A stretch of 56,770 bases of DNA from Planctomycetota bacterium (GTDB taxonomy: Bacteria; Planctomycetota; Planctomycetia; JALXBF01), in assembly GCA_026981825.1 (NCBI GenBank), contig JALSID010000285.1, forward strand, positions 1-56,770. Direction: 5' to 3'. Positions within the stretch are counted from its first letter, which is position 1; the number at the start of each line of letters is the position of its first letter. Positions 50,701-56,770 of this stretch are shown here, in pieces. The notes under the pieces are model-generated. The model was not told the origin of the DNA. It saw only the letters and a list, made by a program, of their open reading frames with translations, and did no database searches. The position numbers were made by a program, and so were the translations under genes.

Positions 50701-52374
50701 CGCGACCGATTCGTCTTCCTCCAGGATGCACGCGCGCGGCCCGACGGCCGTGTTCAGCGACATGACCAGCCGCTCGCGCAGGGGGTCGATGGGCGGGTTC
50801 GTCACCTGGGCAAAGCGTTGCTTGAAATAGCGGTACAGAAGCTGAGGCTTATCGGAGAGGACGGCGAGGGGCGTATCGTCCCCCATCGATCCCACCGGTT
50901 CCTTCGCCGTGCGCAGCATCGGTACGAGGATGCGGTCGATATCCTCCGAGCCGTACCCAAACGCCAATTGCTTGCGAACGAACTCCTCATCAACGGGTTC
51001 GCGGCTCCAATCCTGCACCGTTCGCGGCTGAACCCCTCGCTCGTGAGGACGCACCAGGTGGCGGTCGATCCAGGCCCGGTACGGCCGTCGTGATGCCAGC
51101 CGCCCCTTGATCTCGGCGTCGTGCAGCAAGCGGCCTTCCGCCGTATCCACCGCCAGCATCATGCCGGGGCCCAGACGCCCTTTTTCCACCACGTCCGAAC
51201 GATCAATCTCCACAATGCCTGTTTCCGAACCGGCGATCACCAGGCCGCGGCCGGTCACCCAGTAGCGCATCGGCCGAAGACCATTCCGGTCCAGCGCGGC
51301 GCCAGCGAGCCGACCGTCCGTGAAGGCGATCGCAGCCGGTCCGTCCCAGGGTTCCGTGAGGAGAGCGTGGTACTCGTAGAAGCTGCGGATCTGATCGTCC
51401 ATGTGCCCCACAGCCTGCTGGTAGGCGGCCGGGATCAGCATCGCCAGCGCATGGAGCGGATCACGGCCGGAAAGGACCAGGAGCTCGAACACGTTGTCCA
51501 GCCGCAGCGAGTCCGACCCCTCCCGATCGACAACAGGTAAGAGCTCTTCGATCTTGTCCCCCCACACTGCTGAGCGTAGCTCCCGCTCGCGGGCAATCAT
51601 CCAGTTCGTGTTGCCGAGTAACGTGTTGATCTCGCCGTTGTGCCCCAACAGCCGAAACGGCTGGGCCAGGGGCCACTGGGGGAACGTGTTCGTGCTGTAC
51701 CGCTGGTGGAAAACCACGATGGACGCTTCAAAATCCGGGTCGGCAAGGTCCCGGTAGAAGTGGTCGAGCTGGGGCGCAACCATCAGCCCCTTGTACACGA
51801 TGGTGCGGTGAGAGAACGAGGGCACAAAAAACTCCCGGATGCCCGCCTCTCGCACCCCCCGTTCGATCCGCTTGCGGACAAGGTAGAGGAGACGTTCGTA
51901 ATCGAGCTCGTTCAGCGCCGAACGGGGACTAACCAACGCCTGTTCGATGTGCGGACGGGTCGCGCGCGCTGTTGCGCCAAGAGCACTGTCGTCAACCGGA
52001 ACCGCACGCCAGGCCAGCAACCTCAGCCCGGCACGATCGAGCTCTTGCTCAACAATTTCCCGAACGCGCCGCCGATCTCCCCCGTCGGTCGGCAGGAAGA
52101 ACTGACCGACGCCAAGCGATTGCGGAGTAACATCCAGTCCCCGTTCGCTGAGGAACTTTGCAAACAGCTTGTGGGGGACCTGAGTAAGGATGCCCGCGCC
52201 GTCGCCGGTCAAACGATCGGCACTTACCGCGCCGCGGTGCGTCAGGTTTGTCAGCGCCTGGACAGCATCCCTGAGCAGGTCGTGACTCTTCCGGCCGTGC
52301 AGGTCGGCGATAAATCCAACCCCGCACGCGTCCCGTACGTACTGCCTGCTTACAAGCTGTCGCCAGTGTGCCAT
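47767..52374 (-). CDS. gltB: Glutamate synthase large subunit
   Basis: Motifs DACGVGFIA, HQRYSTNTFP, HNGEINT, EPWDGPA, SNSGEGGE, KMAQGSKPGEGGQ, CVMARQCHLNTCPVG and GCEYMTNG. Confidence 0.97.
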   Translation of the reverse strand: MAHWRQLVSRQYVRDACGVGFIADLHGRKSHDLLRDAVQALTNLTHRGAVSADRLTGDGAGILTQVPHKLFAKFLSERGLDVTPQSLGVGQFFLPTDGGDRRRVREIVEQELDRAGLRLLAWRAVPVDDSALGATARATRPHIEQALVSPRSALNELDYERLLYLVRKRIERGVREAGIREFFVPSFSHRTIVYKGLMVAPQLDHFYRDLADPDFEASIVVFHQRYSTNTFPQWPLAQPFRLLGHNGEINTLLGNTNWMIARERELRSAVWGDKIEELLPVVDREGSDSLRLDNVFELLVLSGRDPLHALAMLIPAAYQQAVGHMDDQIRSFYEYHALLTEPWDGPAAIAFTDGRLAGAALDRNGLRPMRYWVTGRGLVIAGSETGIVEIDRSDVVEKGRLGPGMMLAVDTAEGRLLHDAEIKGRLASRRPYRAWIDRHLVRPHERGVQPRTVQDWSREPVDEEFVRKQLAFGYGSEDIDRILVPMLRTAKEPVGSMGDDTPLAVLSDKPQLLYRYFKQRFAQVTNPPIDPLRERLVMSLNTAVGPRACILEEDESVAQMVKFSSPIISEAELDWLRSLDDPRFRSATLDCTFPVAEGPDGLERAVWRLCSEAEQAVDRGCTLLVLSDRGVNREHAPVPMLLAVGAVHHHLIRRGKRLQVSIICETGEVREDHHYACLIGYGASLICPYLAFAAVANLAAKYDLEPVQALRNYKAAVEKGILKIMSKMGISTVSSYRGAQIFEVIGLSQEVVDRYFTGTVSRIQGASLTDIGRDVLRFHEEGYGVEKPKLFLRGVYRFSKRGEYHAYNPDVFKNLHEAVRTGNLEAYRRFAAAVDNRPPCNLRDLLTWKRAPQPVPLSEVEPAEEIVKRFCTQAMSHGALSRECHELIAIAMNRLGGKSNSGEGGEDPIRFKPYDRDMPELSHAEWHPKKGDWANSAIKQVASGRFGVTPYYLVSARELEIKMAQGSKPGEGGQIPGHKVSEEIARIRRSVPGVTLISPPPHHDIYSIEDLAQLIYDLKRVNPDARICVKLVSVSGVGTIAAGVAKGYADNILISGADGGTGASPLGSIKHAGIPWELGLRETQQVLVDNDLRGRVRLRVDGGLKSGRDVVMAALMGAEEFGFGTAAMIAAGCVMARQCHLNTCPVGVASQRVDLRKKFPGKPEHVVQYMLFVAEQVRMILAEMGFRRLEEIIGRVDLLEPRKDIKLPKTDNIDLSAILYNPDPEFRKPHRQVEPRNDRPEPEPPLDERIWHDCAQAVHTARPVRRDYVITNRDRSVGARLSGEIAKRYGEAGLPPGTIQLFFRGEAGQSFGAWCNRGMRLVLEGEAQDYVGKGMFGGEIVIRPPAGARYAPQDSVIMGNTVMYGATGGTLYAAGIAGERLCVRNSGGKAVVEGCGDHGCEYMTNGVVVILGPTGRNFGAGMSGGIAYVLDLDGRFPERFNPAMVGLERVQDDVDAQLLRALVERHLDRTGSQRARWVLENWDEAMGMFWKVVPHPSAEEASAQDQDAKVIENNLLRELLEEDPTPQLTDKQAAG

Positions 52375-52429
52375 CGTTCTCCACCAGCTCAACAGGGTTC
52401 TAACTCAGGGGGGATTGCAGAGCTAACTT

Positions 52430-53362
52430 CTAGCTCGCTCGGCCAGCCGTCGCAGCCACACGACGTTTCCTGACGGTCGACCAGGGTCTCTTCGTGAGCA
52501 ACTCAACAAAGCGGGTCAGGGCAGGGGAGTACTGGCGTTTTCGACGCAGGATCGCGCAGAGAGGGCGGACGAAATGCTGCCCCTTCAGTCGCACCGACCG
52601 CAGACTGCCCCGTTCAACCTCGCGTCGCAAGGTCGGTTCGGGCAGAATCGCCACGCCCAGACCTTCCTCGACCGCACGCTTGATCATCTCCACGTTGTCA
52701 AAGCCACCAACCGGTTCGTACTTCACCCGGTACTTCCTCAGGTAGCGGTCGATCGCGCGGCGGATGGCCAGTCCCTCCTCGAACGTCACGAGAGTCACGC
52801 CATCCAACTGCGACGGATGGACGGTGCTCAACCGTGCCCATCGGCTGTCCGGGCGACACACCAGCACCATCTCCTCCTCGCGCCAGGGAACGACCACAAG
52901 CTCCCTCTGGTGGGAAGGAAAGGAAAGCAAGCCCACGTCGGCTTCCCCGGAGAGAACACGCTCGTACACCCGATGGGGGTGTAGATAGTCAAACCGCACC
53001 TTTGCGTTCGGATACTCCTCCCGCAACGCCGCCTCGTACTTGCTCATGTCATGTAGCCCCACCGAGTAGATGGCAGCCACATCCACGTTGTAAGCCCCCT
53101 CCCGAGCCATCTGCCGAATCCTTGCTTCCACCTCCTCAAGCCCTTCCAGCAACTCGCGGCACCGCTCGTAATACAGCCGCCCCTCGGGGGTCACCACCCA
53201 GGGCCGACGACTACGGTCCACCAGCCGCACTCCGAGCCGCTCCTCGAGCTGCTGGATCGCCTGACTCACCGCCGACTGCGTCACTCCGTTCAGCTCCGCC
53301 GCACGCGAGAAACTGTGCAGCCGGACAGCGTCCACAAAGAACCTCAACGCCTCTAGTTGCAT
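52430..53362 (-). CDS. LysR-family transcriptional regulator
   Basis: HTH motif SFSRAAELNGVTQSAVSQAIQQLEERLG, followed by a substrate-binding domain. Confidence 0.95.
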   Translation of the reverse strand: MQLEALRFFVDAVRLHSFSRAAELNGVTQSAVSQAIQQLEERLGVRLVDRSRRPWVVTPEGRLYYERCRELLEGLEEVEARIRQMAREGAYNVDVAAIYSVGLHDMSKYEAALREEYPNAKVRFDYLHPHRVYERVLSGEADVGLLSFPSHQRELVVVPWREEEMVLVCRPDSRWARLSTVHPSQLDGVTLVTFEEGLAIRRAIDRYLRKYRVKYEPVGGFDNVEMIKRAVEEGLGVAILPEPTLRREVERGSLRSVRLKGQHFVRPLCAILRRKRQYSPALTRFVELLTKRPWSTVRKRRVAATAGRAS

Positions 53363-53377
53363 GACCCGGGACGCATC

Positions 53378-53450
53378 ATTAGCATAGCTAATCTTGTGTC
53401 TGTCCCCTATAAGCGTATCTGATCCTAAGCGAAAGTGGCTCGGCCGTCAA
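53378..53450 (-). promoter_or_regulatory. lysR promoter with two LysR-type T-N11-A boxes
   Basis: Palindrome ATTAGC-ATA-GCTAAT (53378-53392); second box ATAAG-N5-CTGAT (53409-53423); minus strand TTGACG-N17-TAGGAT (53450-53422). Confidence 0.65.
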
Positions 53451-53589
53451 GTCCACCGTTACCCTTGGGCGAGTCGGGCTTGAGAACGACTTGCCCGACC
53501 GCCCAACCGCTATAGCTCAGCCGCTAGATCGGCGCGCAGCCACATCCTCTACCGCGCAGGGACACCGCAAAAGCCGCTTCTTGCCGGGG

Positions 53590-53627
53590 AAAAAGGAAAG
53601 ACCGCCGCACCTCATGATGCGGCGGTC
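53590..53627 (-). terminator. Intrinsic terminator of the FG-GAP gene
   Basis: Perfect 10-bp stem gaccgccgca / tgcggcggtc, followed on the minus strand by tttccttttt. Confidence 0.75.
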
Positions 53628-53680
53628 CGAACCTTAGCTGGTGTGTCGATCGATCGGTGGGGGGCCGAGCGATCTGCGGC

Positions 53681-56600
53681 CTAGACGACGTTCAGTCCAA
53701 GCTCGACGAGCAGATCGATCAGCGTTTCCGGATTGGCCGGGTCGCTGCCGTCTCCATCGTCACCGCCAAGCTCCACATTCCAGGAGCCGTCGCTCAGATA
53801 GGCGTAACGGACGAGCAGGCCGCGGTCGTTCAAGGCGAGCAGCACACGATCCGCGCCGTCCGCTCCGGCCGATACGTGGAGGAGCTGCGCAATGCCTCCA
53901 TTGAGGGGATCGCCTGGCAGCACGGTCTGTTCCCAGCCCTCCGGTGTGGCGCGGAATTCGACAAGCTCTCCACTGCCCAGGGTGACATACACAACCAAGG
54001 TGCCCGGCGCACCTGCCACGATGCCTCGTTCGAGCAGAACGCCCACGTTACCAGTGGGGGGCGTGTAAATCGGATCCGCTACCCACGACGGTCCCTTGCG
54101 CTTCAGATGGACCAGGGCTCCCTCGGTCGTGACGGCGAACAGGTTCCGCCCGTACCCGTGGCCAAACACGGTGGCGATGCGCGGCTCATAGAGGGTGCCT
54201 GCGTCTACCGGGCGGATCCTGGCACGGTTGCCGATTAAGCGGGTTTCGATGAGCTGACCGTTCGGTTTCACGCCGTAGAGGAAGAACCAGGGGCGATTCG
54301 TAGCCGGTCGTGCCACCATGAGGGCGGGGTCGCTGACCAGTCTCGGTGCCCTGGGGCCGGAAGAGCCGTTCAAAATCGTGACGTTCCAGCCGCGCCCGGT
54401 CGTGTAGCGGAACAGCACGATCCCACCGTTTCGAGTGCGGGCCGCGACCACGAACCCGCCCTTGACACGAGCCACGTCGACACCTCCATAAAGACGCGGC
54501 GCACGCACCTGTTCGTGCACATCGGTCACAGTCCAACCACGCCGGCCCTTGCGGTACCAGGCGAGGTGGCCTTCAACGGTGACTCCGAATACGTGGGCAA
54601 TCCGCCCGGACCGATTGGTGAGAACGTCCGAAGTCCCGTTCAGACGGGGGCCGTTTACCTGAGCGGTAACGTTAACGGCCACCAGTTTATTGCCGCGACG
54701 CTCGACAATGGTCACGTTTCCGGTGCGGTCCACCAGAGCCGACGGTTTGTCCGGGTAGTAATTGGCTCCACCCAGCGCGTAAGGAGCGGAGAAGGGGCCA
54801 ACCAGCCCAAAGTTCAGCGGGAACTGGATGATCGTGCCTGCAGGGGGTAACTGGTCGCCGCCCGACCAATAGCCCCCCACGATAATCTGCGGACCGAACG
54901 GGCCCGGGTTGGGGAATCCTGCGGGCACCGTCTCGGTCAACACGCCGCCCACCACCGGGCTACCGAACAGGATCTCCACCTCACCGGCGTCTTCCACGGT
55001 CGAGCGGAGTCGGAGCGTGTCAGCCCCCGGTGAACCTACCCCGATGTCGGCACCAGCCCCGACCGCCGGGGAATCGAGCACGTTACCGATACCGGCTACC
55101 GAGGTGCCGAAGAACTGCCGTTCCATTCGGCCCTCGAAGACAACCCCTACGTTTCTCAGCGGAGAATTCAGCAGGGTTGCAAGGGGGAGTGTGGTTCCTG
55201 AGGCGATCTGATAGGCGTCGTTGCCGAAGATCAGGTAGACCCGACCGGCGTCGGGAAGGACCGGGCCGAATTCTGGCTTCACGTCGGCAAGGGGCACGCC
55301 GATGACAATATCGTCGGCGGTGCTCAGCGCCCCTTGGGGATCGCGCACATTGCCAGCGGGAGCGAGCGCGAGACCGGTGCGGTCGCCGCGTGCCGCTCCC
55401 TGGATCGTTACGCCAATCGGCTGCGATGAGCCCACGAACGTGCTGACCAGGATCGGTTGAACGTTCCCATTGATGTCGACGCGTTGGGTGAAGAAGCCGC
55501 TGGTCAGCTCTCGGCCGAAGACGATATAGACCTCACCCGCGTCACGAAGGGTCCGCTGTCCTTTGGGGGTAGGCACGGTGACTTCCGCGTTGGGAGCCGA
55601 GAACATGAAGTCGCTGATGCCATCGTTGTCCAGGTCACCGGCGGAAGCCACGACCTGGCCAAGTCGGTCGTTGTGGGCCTTGCCCTGGACCGGGATCGCA
55701 CCCAGGTTGAGCAGGTCCGCGTTGTTGTTCAGCTCGTAGATGCCCCGTGTTCCGGCCGTGGCGAGCAAGGTGCCGGGCAAGAAGTAGACTCGACCCGGAC
55801 GGACCGGCTGGATACCGGGGCACGCATCGTCGGCGCATGCACCGGGTGCGCCAACGATGAAGTCGGGCTCGGGCGAACCGTCCACGCTAAACGGGTCAGG
55901 TACAGGGCTGGGGAGGCCCGGATCGGCAACGCCCGACACGGAGGCCCCCAGACGGGCTCCCCGCGAAGGACCGTACACAATGCTGCCCCGGTTGACGGTG
56001 ACCACATCGTCCAGGTTCAAGATACCAGGAGAGACGGCACGTTCCGCACCGCCGATGACGTACACCGCCCCCCGATTCAGGTCATCCGGGTCCGATGGAC
56101 TTTCGCCTCTCGGTGCACCAATCACAATGAATTCACCGCCGATTCCCGCCACGGCATAGCCGGCGTTATCTCCCGGGCGAGCCCCCTCGTAAATCTGCCA
56201 GGAGCCAGGCTGGGTGGTGGCGGCGGGGTCGAGCTGGCTGAGGTCGATCGTGACGTCATCAAGAGTCAAGGGGATGCCGAGGTCGAGTTTCTCGCGGGCT
56301 TGCTGCCACACGTTGAGGATGAAATCACCGCCAATGAGGTAGGCTCGGCCGCGATTCACCGTGTTTGCCTCAGGGGCGATTTCGATCCGCTCCGCAAACG
56401 GAGCACCGATGAGCAAATCGGGCTCCGGTCCCCCGATCACGTCACCCACCGCAGCGACGCTGAAGCCCAGGTTGTCACCCGCTCGCGCACCCACGATTCG
56501 AATCGCTTGTGCCTGGGAAAGCAACCGCTCCATCGGCGAGGATCGCTGCTCGGGCGTCGGGTTGACCGCTCCCTCAATCCCGGGCGGATTCAGGTGTTCT

Positions 56601-56770
56601 CCGCCGAAGACCACATACACGGCACCGGCGTTTTCCCGGCCCAAGGGGTCAGCTAGGGGTTCGGCAACCACGAAGTCGTCGCCGACCATCCTGCGAGGCC
56701 CCGACACATCCACATCAACAAGGTTCCCGAGGGGACGCACAACGGCCCCCAGCGCGGCCTCGTGGTCTGA
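53681..56770 (-). CDS. Large extracellular FG-GAP (integrin-alpha-like) repeat protein, 5'-truncated by the window edge
   Basis: Repeated G.SVA.xGD…D(L/F)(L/I)xGAP…GxVY(V/I)(V/I)FG motifs and a second beta-propeller-like C-terminal domain. The frame stays open to the window end. Confidence 0.9.
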   Translation of the reverse strand, partial: SDHEAALGAVVRPLGNLVDVDVSGPRRMVGDDFVVAEPLADPLGRENAGAVYVVFGGEHLNPPGIEGAVNPTPEQRSSPMERLLSQAQAIRIVGARAGDNLGFSVAAVGDVIGGPEPDLLIGAPFAERIEIAPEANTVNRGRAYLIGGDFILNVWQQAREKLDLGIPLTLDDVTIDLSQLDPAATTQPGSWQIYEGARPGDNAGYAVAGIGGEFIVIGAPRGESPSDPDDLNRGAVYVIGGAERAVSPGILNLDDVVTVNRGSIVYGPSRGARLGASVSGVADPGLPSPVPDPFSVDGSPEPDFIVGAPGACADDACPGIQPVRPGRVYFLPGTLLATAGTRGIYELNNNADLLNLGAIPVQGKAHNDRLGQVVASAGDLDNDGISDFMFSAPNAEVTVPTPKGQRTLRDAGEVYIVFGRELTSGFFTQRVDINGNVQPILVSTFVGSSQPIGVTIQGAARGDRTGLALAPAGNVRDPQGALSTADDIVIGVPLADVKPEFGPVLPDAGRVYLIFGNDAYQIASGTTLPLATLLNSPLRNVGVVFEGRMERQFFGTSVAGIGNVLDSPAVGAGADIGVGSPGADTLRLRSTVEDAGEVEILFGSPVVGGVLTETVPAGFPNPGPFGPQIIVGGYWSGGDQLPPAGTIIQFPLNFGLVGPFSAPYALGGANYYPDKPSALVDRTGNVTIVERRGNKLVAVNVTAQVNGPRLNGTSDVLTNRSGRIAHVFGVTVEGHLAWYRKGRRGWTVTDVHEQVRAPRLYGGVDVARVKGGFVVAARTRNGGIVLFRYTTGRGWNVTILNGSSGPRAPRLVSDPALMVARPATNRPWFFLYGVKPNGQLIETRLIGNRARIRPVDAGTLYEPRIATVFGHGYGRNLFAVTTEGALVHLKRKGPSWVADPIYTPPTGNVGVLLERGIVAGAPGTLVVYVTLGSGELVEFRATPEGWEQTVLPGDPLNGGIAQLLHVSAGADGADRVLLALNDRGLLVRYAYLSDGSWNVELGGDDGDGSDPANPETLIDLLVELGLNVV

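Overview
GC-rich bacterial chromosomal window, most likely from a planctomycete (DUF1501 + DUF1549/DUF1553 pair, PEP-CTERM protein, large membrane Ser/Thr kinase, FHA protein, FG-GAP surface protein). Housekeeping genes (acyP, polX, folC, dapA, mutY, gltB with a LysR regulator) alternate with accessory segments. The best candidate for a poorly described system is 32.4-41.2 kb. It holds two divergently transcribed FeeM-type N-acyl-amino-acid synthases. One of them heads a tight operon with a DevBCA-like ABC exporter and a stand-alone ThiF/E1-like adenylyltransferase. Further along the same strand come a divergent ECF-sigma-like gene, an unknown 412-aa gene, a probable orphan transposon end and a 36-copy, 34-bp hairpin (REP-type) tandem array. 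Other notable items: a nest of mobile debris at the left end (IS end, GTAG-REP mosaic, group II intron 5' remnant, REP doublet), a MITE-like element, duplicated 79-aa membrane microproteins with identically spaced ECF-type promoters, an ABC exporter with a fully degenerate ATPase, and a LysR-gltB-FHA arrangement with no gltD in the window. No rRNA, tRNA or true CRISPR array was seen. All family calls come from recognising motifs by eye; no database searches were run.
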